A stretch of 64,000 nt of DNA from Chloroflexota bacterium (GCA_029778235.1 JAKOQS010000168.1:7690-71689), one strand, 5' to 3'; shown: positions 25,253-34,286, counted from the stretch's first letter. Made by a program: numbers and translations. Notes: generated from the letters alone by a model not told the origin.

Positions 25253-26004
25253 GGGCGCATCTCCCGGTGCCGGTGTCCCGCCCGGCGGGTCGCGATGGGC
25301 CGCGACCCGTGCAGTATCAACCCGCCGTCCAGCCGGGGCCGCCGGGTGATCACCCGTCCGGGACTGGGCGGCTGCCGCCTGGCGACGCCGCTCGCGGGCG
25401 TGGCCCGATCTTGCCCTCGCCTTCGACCCGCGGCCCGCGGGGGCCTCGCGGGTCCAGGGGTCGGACCTGTGGCGGGTGCGGGCCGTCGATCTCCGAGTCG
25501 TCTACGCAGTCGACAATCCTGCGCGCGAGGTGGTCGTGCTGCGCGTCGCGCGCCGCTCCGAGAGCACCTACCGCCGCGTCCGCTAGACGCGAAGAGGCCC
25601 GGCGGTCGCCCGCCGGGCCTCTTCCGTGCGCTGTCCGGGGCGCTCACCGCCCCGCGCCGCTTGCGGCGGCTGGCGAAGCAGTCGTTGCAGTAGACCGGCT
25701 TCCCGCTCGTCGGGCGGAAGGGGACCTGCGCCTCGCGGCCGCAGCTGGAGCACGTCGCCGTGAACATCTCGCGCGGACCGCGCGAGCTGTATCCACCGCC
25801 GCCGCCGTACCCGCCGCCGGAGCCGTAGCTGCTCCCGCCGCCGTACCCGCCGGAGTCGCCGCGCGCCGCCTTCCGGCTGGCGCGACAGGACGAGCACCGA
25901 CGCGGCTCCGTGAAGCCGCGACCTGCGTAGAACTCCTGCTCGCTCGCCGTGAAGACGAACTGCTGGCCACAGTCGGCGCAGGTCAGGGTCTTGTCCGTAT
26001 ACAC
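25006..26004 (-). CDS. Double zinc-ribbon protein (CxxC-x17-CxxC type with Gly-rich linker); 3' end anomalous
   Basis: GTG 26004 preceded by SD GAAGGAG. Reads VYTDKTLTCADCGQQFVFTASEQEFYAGRGFTEPRRCSSCR...GGYGGG...FTATCSSCGREAQVPFRPTSGKPVYCNDCFASRR. The recognisable protein ends near 25650, but the frame stays open to 25006, running through the terminator hairpin and into the next gene. Confidence 0.6.
   Translation of the reverse strand: MYTDKTLTCADCGQQFVFTASEQEFYAGRGFTEPRRCSSCRASRKAARGDSGGYGGGSSYGSGGGYGGGGGYSSRGPREMFTATCSSCGREAQVPFRPTSGKPVYCNDCFASRRKRRGAVSAPDSARKRPGGRPPGLFASSGRGGRCSRSGARRAARPPRAQDCRLRRRLGDRRPAPATGPTPGPARPPRAAGRRRGQDRATPASGVARRQPPSPGRVITRRPRLDGGLILHGSRPIATRRAGHRHREMRPCVPCVSWPRSPRSPCCSRRSPRRRRPPDRGQAHRRVTRFDPACDPPTHLRTRSSSIPSSGGSTARPSRWWVTSATTWTSPS
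25350..25586 (+). pseudogene. RelE/ParE-family toxin remnant (5'-truncated or frameshifted)
   Basis: Frame ending at TAG 25584-25586 reads ...LALAFDPRPAGASRVQGSDLWRVRAVDLRVVYAVDNPAREVVVLRVARRSESTYRRVR*, the typical RelE/ParE C-terminal two-thirds. There is no start codon in frame. A neighbouring frame reads GRLPPGDAARGRG, possibly the shifted N-terminal part. Confidence 0.45.
25591..25624. terminator. Perfect 15-bp stem hairpin GAAGAGGCCCGGCGG-TCGC-CCGCCGGGCCTCTTC
   Basis: Seen directly in the sequence. It sits just 3' of the RelE remnant stop (plus strand) and 3' of the zinc-ribbon domains (minus strand). Confidence 0.65.
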
Positions 26005-26007
26005 CAA

Positions 26008-26072
26008 GAACACTCCTTCTCGGACCGGCTTCCGCGACCTCGTGTCTCGCGGAAACCGTGAGAGGAGTGTTC
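26008..26072 (-). promoter_or_regulatory. SD-sequestering stem-loop in the zinc-ribbon gene leader
   Basis: In the minus-strand mRNA, GAACACTCCT (26072-26063) is the perfect complement of AGGAGTGTTC (26017-26008), which contains the SD 3 nt upstream of the GTG. A nested 6-bp hairpin CCGCGA/TCGCGG lies in between. Confidence 0.45.
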
Positions 26073-26277
26073 GAACCGCCGGGCCATCGCCGTCCATCCC
26101 TGTCGGACGGTCGCGAGGAGGCTACCACGCCCGATGCGCGCTCGCCAAGCCCCGATTTTCGCCGAGTCGTGGCACGATACGCGGCGACCGACGCGCGCCT
26201 CCGGACGCGGGCGCGCACGAGGCCCGGCCGCCTGCCCATCGGCACCGTCCGTCCCGCGGCCACCAGGACCGGAAGAG

Positions 26278-27756
26278 ATGACCCGCCACACACGCCCGAT
26301 CCGCCGCTCCGCCCTCGTCGGCGGCCTCGTCGCCGCCGTGCTCGCGGTCGGCACGCTCGCCACCGCCGTCCCCGTCCGCGCGGAGGAGCCTCCGCCCGAC
26401 CCTGGGGCGTCCCCGAGCCCCGTCGCGACGCCCGCCCCGACTCCGGCCCCCGTCCCGGTCGGCACGCCGGAGGAGCAGGTGGCCCGGATGACGGCCGCGC
26501 CACTCGTGGTCGTCGGGCCGGACGGGTTCGCCGTCCAGATCGAGGTGGAGACGCTGTCCGCGTGGGTCACGGTCGGCCCGGTGGCGTCCCCCACGCCGCC
26601 GCCCGATCCGCTCGCTTCCCCGACCACCACGCCCGATCCCCTCGCCGAGCCCACGCCTCAGCCGACGGTCGATCCCCTGGCGACGCAGGTGACGATCGAC
26701 CGCCAGTCGATCGTCACCTGGCTGACGCAGTACCTGCCGCAGTACGCGGTCCCCGGGCGCAATGCCGCGTGGCGGATGGACACGGCCGGCCGGTTCATCA
26801 AGGTCGTGCCGTCGAAGGAAGGGCGCGGGCTCATCCGGTCCGCGTCCGCCCGGTCGATCATGGACGCGCTCTGGCGCCGCGCCGCCCTCGACTGGTCGGA
26901 CGACCTCGCCGCCTTCGTGGTCGGCCCGGTCAAGCCCGCCCTCACGACCGAGAAGGCGACCGAGATGATGCCGAAGCTCCGGCGCATCTCCGCCTGGACG
27001 ACGCACTGGCAGGTTGGGGAGAACAACGGCTTCGGCGCGAACATCATCATCCCGGCGAAGAAGATCAACGCGACGATCGTCATGCCCGGCGAGACGTTCG
27101 ACTTCTGGAAGGTCGTCGGCACGCCCACCGCGAAGGACGGCTACAAGGCCGGCGGCGCGATCATCAACGGCAAGAGCGAGCCCACCGGGGCGTTCGCCGG
27201 CGGGATCTGCTCGACCTCCACCACGATCTTCAACGCGGCCCTGCGCGCGGGCTTCCCGATACTGAGCCGCGTCCCCCACTACTACTACATCGACCGCTAC
27301 CCGCTGGGCCTGGACGCCACGGTCTGGATCGACGGCGGCTCGAAGCAGTCCGTGAAGTGGCGCAACGACTCGACCGCCCCGGTCTATATCCGGGCCATCG
27401 CGAAGCCGGGGATCGTCACCTTCGAGCTGTACTCGCTGCCGCTCGGCCGCAAGGTGACCTTCTCCAGCCCGAAGGTCAGCGGGCGGGTGGCCGCGGGCGA
27501 CTACACGGAGTACACGAGCTCGCTGCCGGCGGGGGCCGTCAAGCGGCTCGAGTTCCCGCACCCGGGGATGTACGTGGAGGTGACCCGGACGGTCACCGAC
27601 CGGTCCGGCACGGTGCTCCACCGCGAGGTCTGGAAGAGCCGCTACAACAAGGTGGACGGCCGGGTGCTGGTCGGGAAGTCGTCGGCGCCGCCGACCACGG
27701 CACCGAGTCCGACGGGCGCGATCGGCGGCGGCGGCCCGCCCGGCGGCGCACGCTAG
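26278..27756 (+). CDS. VanW family protein (secreted or membrane-anchored)
   Basis: N-terminal TM/signal RRSALVGGLVAAVLAVGTLATAV and a Pro-rich linker. VanW core: GFGANIIIPAKKINATIVMPGETFDFW...GGICSTSTTIFNAALRAGFPI...HYYYIDRYPLGLDATV. ATG 26278 follows GGAAGAG. Confidence 0.85.
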   Translation: MTRHTRPIRRSALVGGLVAAVLAVGTLATAVPVRAEEPPPDPGASPSPVATPAPTPAPVPVGTPEEQVARMTAAPLVVVGPDGFAVQIEVETLSAWVTVGPVASPTPPPDPLASPTTTPDPLAEPTPQPTVDPLATQVTIDRQSIVTWLTQYLPQYAVPGRNAAWRMDTAGRFIKVVPSKEGRGLIRSASARSIMDALWRRAALDWSDDLAAFVVGPVKPALTTEKATEMMPKLRRISAWTTHWQVGENNGFGANIIIPAKKINATIVMPGETFDFWKVVGTPTAKDGYKAGGAIINGKSEPTGAFAGGICSTSTTIFNAALRAGFPILSRVPHYYYIDRYPLGLDATVWIDGGSKQSVKWRNDSTAPVYIRAIAKPGIVTFELYSLPLGRKVTFSSPKVSGRVAAGDYTEYTSSLPAGAVKRLEFPHPGMYVEVTRTVTDRSGTVLHREVWKSRYNKVDGRVLVGKSSAPPTTAPSPTGAIGGGGPPGGAR

Positions 27757-27806
27757 CACCGCCCCACCCCGGCGCGTGCCCCGCGCCAGGGACGGCCTGA
27801 CGTCGC

Positions 27807-29357
27807 CTACAGGCGCCCGGCCTCGTCCCGATCGGGCGAGCGGGCCTTCTCGCCGGCCAGCTCGTCCACGTTCCACACCATCGTCGCGTTCGACCAGGAG
27901 TCGGAGACCTCGACGAACGGGATGAGCACGACCCGGATGAGGCCGGAGACCGCGAACAGGATGGCGAACGCCGGGTAGCCGACGGGCAGCAGCGCGAGGA
28001 CGGTCGCGCTGGAGAACTGGCCGCCCGTCGCGCCGATCGCGGTCCCCGCCACGAAGCTGCCCTGGGCGCGGATGAGCTGCGGGCCCGACGCGAGGCGCAG
28101 GAGACGCTCGTTGGAGGCGAGGACGCCCGCCGAGTAGCCCGCGCTCACCACGACCGCGAGCACCGCCATGATCAGGGGCGCGAATGGATTGAGGGGGAAG
28201 GCGAGCAGGCCCAGCAGCAGCGTGCCGCCGCGGAGGAGGAACGAGAGGCGCAGCAGGCGCGAGGACGAGCCGCGGTGCAGCCAGCCGCCGATGACGGCCG
28301 ACGAGACGAGCGCCGACGCGGACGACAGCGCCGACAGCAGGATCGCGAACGACGCCGGCATGTGCAGGATGCTGATCACGTAGATCGAGAAGTAGGGGCC
28401 GAAGCCCGCCCCGAACGCCGCGATCGTGATGATGCGGAGGAAGCGCCGGAGCGAAGCCGAGAATGGCCCGGTCGGCGAGGCGCGCCGGACGCCGCTCGAG
28501 ACGGCGGCTGTGGCCGCGCCGCCAGACGGGGCACCGGCGTCGCCCGACGGGGCTCCGGCGCCACTCGTGCCGGGGCCGGATGCCGCCCGGGACGTGGAGG
28601 CGCTCGTGCCCGCGTCCGGACCGGGCGCCTCGCCGGACCGGGCGGCGCCAGCGTCGGGAGCGGGCGCCTCCTCGTGGACGACCACGCGGCCCGGCCGACG
28701 CAGCCGGAGGACGGCCGCGAGCTCGCCGACGCCCACGATCCCCGCGACGACGAAGACCCACGCGTAGACGACCGTCCCGAACTGCGGGAAGGCCCACTGG
28801 ATGAGCAGCGCGGTCGGCAGGAGGATGACCGAGCCGAGCCCCAGGTTGGTCGCGACGACCTTGGGCGCCACGAAGCGCCGGTCGTTCTCGGGCAGGACGG
28901 CCCCGTACCACGCCTGGAGGTTCGTGCCGCCGATCGTGCCCGCGGCCCCGGCGAGCCCCATCACGGCCGCGATCAGGACGATCGCGGCCTGGTTCGGGAT
29001 CGTCCCGGTCGCCGACAGGAGCGTGATGACGGCCAACCAGAAGCCCCGCAGCTCGCCGACCGCGAGGATGGCGAGCGTGACGCCGCGGAGATCGCCATGC
29101 GCCTTCCGCAGCAGCCAGGGGACGCCCAGCTGGGCGACCGAGCCGGCGACCGGCAGTGCGCCGATCGCGGTCGCGGCCGCGGCCGGCGTGCCGAGCGCGA
29201 GGAGGAGGGGGATCGTCAGGCTGTCGCCGGCGAGCGATGTGACCCCGGCCTGGGAGACGCCCACGGCGGCGTACTTCCGGTACCGGCCGGCGAAGAGTCG
29301 CCAGTCGGCGAGTGCGGCGGGGGAGCGGGCGGAGCGCGACACGAGGAGCCCGAGCAT
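27807..29357 (-). CDS. MFS transporter with a long Ala/Gly/Ser/Pro-rich central loop
   Basis: Two six-TM-like halves separated by about 80 low-complexity residues (APAPDAGAARSGEAPGPDAG...GAPSGDAGAPSGGAA). ATG 29357; the upstream ORF portion is shadow. Confidence 0.7.
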   Translation of the reverse strand: MLGLLVSRSARSPAALADWRLFAGRYRKYAAVGVSQAGVTSLAGDSLTIPLLLALGTPAAAATAIGALPVAGSVAQLGVPWLLRKAHGDLRGVTLAILAVGELRGFWLAVITLLSATGTIPNQAAIVLIAAVMGLAGAAGTIGGTNLQAWYGAVLPENDRRFVAPKVVATNLGLGSVILLPTALLIQWAFPQFGTVVYAWVFVVAGIVGVGELAAVLRLRRPGRVVVHEEAPAPDAGAARSGEAPGPDAGTSASTSRAASGPGTSGAGAPSGDAGAPSGGAATAAVSSGVRRASPTGPFSASLRRFLRIITIAAFGAGFGPYFSIYVISILHMPASFAILLSALSSASALVSSAVIGGWLHRGSSSRLLRLSFLLRGGTLLLGLLAFPLNPFAPLIMAVLAVVVSAGYSAGVLASNERLLRLASGPQLIRAQGSFVAGTAIGATGGQFSSATVLALLPVGYPAFAILFAVSGLIRVVLIPFVEVSDSWSNATMVWNVDELAGEKARSPDRDEAGRL

Positions 29358-29467
29358 AGCGCGGACGGTCGCGGGCGAACGTGGCCGGGGCCTCGCCGGA
29401 AGCGGTCCCGGCGACCCCGGGCTATCCTCTCGGGGCCGCCGGGTCGGCGGCCACCACGGAGTCACGC

Positions 29468-30130
29468 ATGCGCCGCCTCCTCGCTCTTCCCCTCCTCGCC
29501 GTGCTCGTCCTTGCCGCGTGCGGGTCCACCACGACCTCGCCCTCCGCATCGGCGAGTGGACCTGCGACGTCCTCCTCCGCTCCTTCGGCATCCCCCGGCT
29601 CGTCGGCCGCACCGGACGCCTCCGGCTCGGTCGGCCCCGAGGCCTCCCCGTCCGCATCGGTCGACCCGAACGCCGAGCCCACGCCGCCGGCGGACGACAC
29701 GGGCGAGATCCCGTCGGACGCGCCCACGCCCCAGCCGACGGCCAGCCCGAACGCGTCGCCCACGCCGCCGCTGCGGACGCAGTGCCAGAAGATCAACGAC
29801 GCCATCGACACCATCGACCTCTATCTGCAGTTCTTCACCATGGCCGACGAGACGACCTGGGAGGACATGACGGGCCCCGAGTCGCCCATCGAGTTCGACC
29901 GCACGAAGTTCACCAAGGCCATCGCGGTGGTGCGGCCCGATCCCGCGATGAAGAACGCCGCTCCTCTGCTCCGCTCGCTCGACAGGACGCTGGGGCTCGC
30001 GTTGGAGAGCGACGCCCCGTTCGCCTCGGCCACGGCACCCGGGTCCGTCCTGGTCCGTGCCGCCAACAAGAACTTCGTGCAGATCGAGAACGCGCTGGTG
30101 GCCGTCCGGACCGCGCAGGGGTGCGGCTGA
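29468..30130 (+). CDS. Lipoprotein, hypothetical
   Basis: MRRLLALPLLAVLVLAACGS lipobox signal, a Ser/Pro-rich linker, then a globular C-terminal domain. Confidence 0.75.
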   Translation: MRRLLALPLLAVLVLAACGSTTTSPSASASGPATSSSAPSASPGSSAAPDASGSVGPEASPSASVDPNAEPTPPADDTGEIPSDAPTPQPTASPNASPTPPLRTQCQKINDAIDTIDLYLQFFTMADETTWEDMTGPESPIEFDRTKFTKAIAVVRPDPAMKNAAPLLRSLDRTLGLALESDAPFASATAPGSVLVRAANKNFVQIENALVAVRTAQGCG

Positions 30131-30241
30131 CGCCCACGGACGCCGGGAACCCCGGGTCGCAGGCCGACGACTGACGCCCACGGGCCCTGGCCCGACGCAG
30201 GCCCGCCCCCACGCCGGCGGCCCGCTCGCTACACTCGCGCG

Positions 30242-31009
30242 GTGACCGACGCGCCCGTGCCCGACATCGTCCTCGGCGAGATCCATGCGGAGGCCGAGAG
30301 GCTGGGCCGCGAGGTCGTCGCCGCGGGCGTCCCGCTCCGGCTCATGGGCGGCCTCGCCATCTGGCTGACCTCCCCCTCGGTGCGCGAGGGCCCGTTCGCG
30401 CGCCCCTATCGCGACATGGACTTCGCGGGCGACAAGAAGGGCGTGTCGCGGATCAAGCAGTTCTTCTCCGACGAGGGCTACGTCCCCGAGAAGCTGTTCA
30501 ACGCCCTCCACGGCGCCACGAGGCTCAACTTCTGGGCGCCCGACGGCCGCTGGACCGTGGACGTGGTGCTCGACGAGCTGTCGATGTCCCACAAGCTCGA
30601 CCTCCGCGGCCGCACCTCCGGCACCGGGCCCACGATCGACCTGGCCGACCTCCTCCTGACGAAGCTCCAGATCTGGGAGATCAACCGCAAGGACCTCGGC
30701 GACGCGCTCTGCCTTCTGGCCGACCACCCCCTCGCCGAGCACGACGCCGACGCGATCGACCTGCGGCGCATCCGGGAGGTCCTCGGATCCGACTGGGGGT
30801 TCTGCCACACGGTCGAGCGGAACCTGGGCCTCGTGGCCGGCCTCTGGCGCGAGCAGCCGGTCCACGGAGTCCCGTTCGCCGTCGACGCCCAGGTGGCCGC
30901 GCTGCTCGACGCGATCGAGAGTTCGCCGAAGTCCGCGCGCTGGAAGGCCCGGGCCCGCGTGGGCGAGCGGATGCGCTGGTACGAGACCCCCGAGGAGGTC
31001 CGGCACTAG
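30242..31009 (+). CDS. Nucleotidyltransferase-fold protein, hypothetical
   Basis: Minimal NTase pattern LMGGLAIWLTS...RPYRDMDFAG (GG-x-DxD). GTG 30242 lies 6 nt after TACACT. Confidence 0.6.
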   Translation: MTDAPVPDIVLGEIHAEAERLGREVVAAGVPLRLMGGLAIWLTSPSVREGPFARPYRDMDFAGDKKGVSRIKQFFSDEGYVPEKLFNALHGATRLNFWAPDGRWTVDVVLDELSMSHKLDLRGRTSGTGPTIDLADLLLTKLQIWEINRKDLGDALCLLADHPLAEHDADAIDLRRIREVLGSDWGFCHTVERNLGLVAGLWREQPVHGVPFAVDAQVAALLDAIESSPKSARWKARARVGERMRWYETPEEVRH

Positions 31010-31016
31010 GTCGGAC

Positions 31017-31799
31017 GTGACCGATCAGGACTGGTCCGAGGTGAGCCTGCGCGCGCTCCATGTGAGCGTCCTCTTCGACGTGGACGACCGGGGCCGCCTG
31101 CTGCGGACGAACGAGCCCGAGCCGGAGGCCCCACCCAGGCTCTACCTGGTCCGCGGGCCGGACGGCGTGCGGGCCTGGTTGGGCGCCGACGTGTCGCCGG
31201 GGACGGCGGCGCGCTGCGGCGCCGCCGTCCGGGATCTGCCCGCTTGGGACGGACGCGAGCCGGACCCGTCGGTCTTCGAGCCTGTCCGACGCGCGCTCGC
31301 CACCGACAGAGCGGTCACGGAGGAGTGGGGCGGGCCGGCGTCCCGGTCGGTCCCCGGGACCGAGCCATCGGCGCGTGGCCTCGCGACGGAGCGCGCCGCG
31401 CCGGTGAGCCGCGGTGGCATGCCCGCCGGCGGCTCCGCGCGCGTGGAGCCGGTGCTGGTGGGCGCCGCGTCCGCACACGTCCTCGATCGCCACTTCCCCT
31501 ACACCCGCGACCACCTCGAGGTGCGGGCGCCCGTCGCGGCGCTGCTGGTCGACGGCATCGCCGTGGCGGCCTGCTACTGCGCGCGGCGGCGCCCGACGGC
31601 CGCGGAGGCCGGCGCAGCGACGGTCGACGCGTATCGTGGGCGCGGGTTCGCCGCACGGGTCGTCGCAGCCTGGCGGGCCGCTGTCGAGGCGTCGGGCCGC
31701 ACGGCGCTCTACAGCACGACCTGGGACAACGTGGCGTCGCGCCGGCTCGCGGAGCGCCTCAGCTTCCACGCGTACGCGGACACGCGATCCTTCGACTGA
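31017..31799 (+). CDS. GNAT-family N-acetyltransferase (C-terminal domain)
   Basis: C-terminal VDAYRGRGFAARVVAAW...TTWDNVASRRLAERLSF resembles the acetyl-CoA-binding R/Q-x-x-G-x-G/A motif region. Confidence 0.6.
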   Translation: MTDQDWSEVSLRALHVSVLFDVDDRGRLLRTNEPEPEAPPRLYLVRGPDGVRAWLGADVSPGTAARCGAAVRDLPAWDGREPDPSVFEPVRRALATDRAVTEEWGGPASRSVPGTEPSARGLATERAAPVSRGGMPAGGSARVEPVLVGAASAHVLDRHFPYTRDHLEVRAPVAALLVDGIAVAACYCARRRPTAAEAGAATVDAYRGRGFAARVVAAWRAAVEASGRTALYSTTWDNVASRRLAERLSFHAYADTRSFD

Positions 31800-31806
31800 G
31801 ACGGCC

Positions 31807-32730
31807 TCAGACCGTGACGCCCCGGGCGGCGAGCGCCTCGCGCCAGTAGGCGACCGACGCGGCCATGTCCGCGAGGACCGCGTCGTCGTCCTGCTCGAAG
31901 GGCGGGATCACCTCCAGGACCAGGGCGATCTCGGCCGCGCCCGACGCCTCGAGCGCGTCGAGCAGCCGGCCGGCCTCGACGCGGCCCGCCGCGTTGGCCG
32001 CCTCGGTGAACGGCCAGTGGTGGTCGCCGTCCGCGTCGGATTGCTGCAGCTGGACGATGGGCGCCGCGGCTCCGAGCGCCCGTGCCCATGCATAGGGGTC
32101 TCGCTCATCGCCGCTCGTCCCGGGCACGCACATGTGGCCGACGTCCAGGCAGAGCCGCACCGGCACCCGGCCTGTGTCCCCGTCGTCGAGCAGCGCACGG
32201 ACGTCCGCCATCGTCGCGGGCTCGCGGGCGGCCGCGAGGTTCTCGACCACGAGGTAGGCGAGGCCCGCATCCCGGGCGCGACCGGCCAGGCGCGCCAGGC
32301 GCGCGCGGAGGTCGTCCGCGAGCGCAGCGCGCCGCGCGGGGTCGCGCGCGTCCGGGACCGAGTACGCACCGACGTGGCCGCCGGTGGCGATCCCTCCCGC
32401 GGCGGCGGTGAACGCGATGGCGCGGGCGAACCACGCCTCGGCGCGATCGCGCGCGACGGGGTCGGGGTGGAGCAGGAGGTTCGAGGAGTAGGCGGCGAGG
32501 CCGGTGAAGGTCGAGTGCAACGTGAGGCCGTGCGCCCGCGCGACGGCGCCGGCGGCCGCCCCGGCGTCCGCGATCGCCGCGTCCGGCGCGTCGAGGTCCT
32601 CCAGGTCGAGGGAGTGCTGGACGCGCTCGACCCCGAGGTCCCGCACGACCGGCGCCCAGTCGGCCGGCCTCGGCCACCGCTTGACCGCGAAGCAATCGTT
32701 GACGCCCAGCGACCAGCGCACCCCGGCCAT
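31807..32730 (-). CDS. Sugar phosphate isomerase/epimerase (xylose-isomerase-like TIM barrel)
   Basis: AP-endonuclease-2/TIM pattern: ...LVVENL..., CLDVGHM, and a metal-ligand type E/D/H/E arrangement. Last gene of the minus-strand operon. Confidence 0.75.
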   Translation of the reverse strand: MAGVRWSLGVNDCFAVKRWPRPADWAPVVRDLGVERVQHSLDLEDLDAPDAAIADAGAAAGAVARAHGLTLHSTFTGLAAYSSNLLLHPDPVARDRAEAWFARAIAFTAAAGGIATGGHVGAYSVPDARDPARRAALADDLRARLARLAGRARDAGLAYLVVENLAAAREPATMADVRALLDDGDTGRVPVRLCLDVGHMCVPGTSGDERDPYAWARALGAAAPIVQLQQSDADGDHHWPFTEAANAAGRVEAGRLLDALEASGAAEIALVLEVIPPFEQDDDAVLADMAASVAYWREALAARGVTV

Positions 32731-32741
32731 CGTCGTCCTCC

Positions 32742-34286
32742 TCAGCGCCGGACCACCGCCGACTCGATGAGCGTCCGGTATGCCCGGTACAGGTCGTCAT
32801 ACCGCGCCCGCCTCCGGGCGTCCGGCTCCACGGCGGGATCCGCGTGCACGCAGCGCCGCACAGCGTCAGCGACGTCGCGGTAGACGCCCGCGCCGATGCC
32901 CGCGAGCATCGCCACGCCGGTCACCGCTGCATCGCCCGGGATGGCGACGACGGGCAGTCCGGTCACGTCGGCCTTGATCCGGTTCCATGTCGTCAGCCGC
33001 GCGTCGCCGCCCGAGACGCGGAGCTCGTCCACGCGGGCGCCGCCCGAGCGCACGAGGTCGATCTGCTCGCGGATCTCGCATGCGACGCCCTCCAGCACCG
33101 CGCGCGCCAGGTGGGCCCGCCCGTGGCGCAGCGAGAGGCCGGTGAACGCGCCGCGCAGGTCCGGGTCGGTCCGCTCGCCGTCGCCGAGGACGGGGATCGC
33201 CACGACGCCCGCGCTGCCCGGCTCCACGTCCGCCACCTCGCGGTCCAGGCGTGCCCAGTCCGCGGCCCGGGGCCGTCCGGGCCGACCGCCGTACGCGAGG
33301 CGCGCGACCCAGTCGATCGCGAGCCCGGTCGTGTTGATGCCGGTCTCCGTCGTGTACGGGCCCGGCACCACGTGCGGGTAGTGGGTGACCAGGAGGACGG
33401 GCAGGGGGTAGTCCACGACGGCGTTGAGACAGGTGGACGAGCCGGCCATCTCGCTGATCGTCCCCGGCGCCACGACGCCCGCCCCCAGGGCGCAGGCCTG
33501 GCTGTCGGCACCGCCGAGCACGACCGGCACGCCCCCGGGGAGCCCCAGCCGCCGCGCGATGCCGGGCCCGACCTCGCCCACGACCTCCCAGGAGCCGCGG
33601 ACCGTCGGGAAGACGTCGCGCTCGAGGTCCCATGCATCGAGCAGGTCGTCCGCCCATGCCCGCGTCCGGATGTCGAAGAAGAGGGTGGCCGACGCGTGCG
33701 TCCCGTCCGTCACCTCCTCGCCGGTCAGGGCCCGGACGACGAGGTCCCGCGGCTGCAGGAACCGCCGCGTCGCCGCGAACTGGTCCGGCCGGTGGCCGCG
33801 CAGCCACAGGACCTTGGCCCCCACGTGGAACGCCGCCGGCAGGTGCCCGGTCCGCGCGTGGATCCCCGCGTCGCCGTAGAGGCCGCGCAGCTGGTCCGCC
33901 TCGGCGACCGCGCGGTTGTCGCGGTAGATCAGCCCGGGGCCGGTCGGCTCGCCGCGTGCGGCCACGCCGACGACGGAGGGGCACTGGCCCGTCAGGCCGA
34001 TGGCCCGGACCCGCGTCCCCGGCGCGAGCGCGGCGACCGCGCCGCGCACCGCCGACAGCGAGCAGCTTCGCCAGAGTCGGGCGTCCTGCTCGGCCCAGCC
34101 CTCGTGGGGCGCGACCGTCGGGTAGGCGCGGCGGACCTCGAGGAGGCGATGCCCGTCGAGGTCGAAGACCGCGGCCCGCGCTCCGGACGTGCCGACGTCG
34201 ATCGCGAGGAGCACGTCGCCGGCCTGCACGCGACTCCCCGGCACCGCCCGGCCCGCCGTCCCCCGTCCCGGGCCGGGCGCGGTCAT
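32742..34286 (-). CDS. FGGY-family carbohydrate kinase (xylulokinase-like)
   Basis: LLAIDVGTSGARAAVFD, GWAEQDARLW, GGADSQACALGAG, VSGGDARLTTWNRIKADVTG. ATG 34286 overlaps the upstream stop (ATGA). Confidence 0.88.
   Translation of the reverse strand: MTAPGPGRGTAGRAVPGSRVQAGDVLLAIDVGTSGARAAVFDLDGHRLLEVRRAYPTVAPHEGWAEQDARLWRSCSLSAVRGAVAALAPGTRVRAIGLTGQCPSVVGVAARGEPTGPGLIYRDNRAVAEADQLRGLYGDAGIHARTGHLPAAFHVGAKVLWLRGHRPDQFAATRRFLQPRDLVVRALTGEEVTDGTHASATLFFDIRTRAWADDLLDAWDLERDVFPTVRGSWEVVGEVGPGIARRLGLPGGVPVVLGGADSQACALGAGVVAPGTISEMAGSSTCLNAVVDYPLPVLLVTHYPHVVPGPYTTETGINTTGLAIDWVARLAYGGRPGRPRAADWARLDREVADVEPGSAGVVAIPVLGDGERTDPDLRGAFTGLSLRHGRAHLARAVLEGVACEIREQIDLVRSGGARVDELRVSGGDARLTTWNRIKADVTGLPVVAIPGDAAVTGVAMLAGIGAGVYRDVADAVRRCVHADPAVEPDARRRARYDDLYRAYRTLIESAVVRR

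Noticed and set aside
26055-26085. GTTCGAACC string resembling a tRNA T-loop.
   Set aside because: - No acceptor stem, anticodon arm or D-arm can be drawn around it.
- It is one arm of the SD-sequestering inverted repeat.
28440-28680. Ala/Gly/Ser/Pro-rich segment with the GAPSG(D/G) repeat, as a possible separate gene or mobile insert.
   Set aside because: - It is in frame and continuous with both halves of the MFS transporter.
- It is best read as an expanded central cytoplasmic loop.
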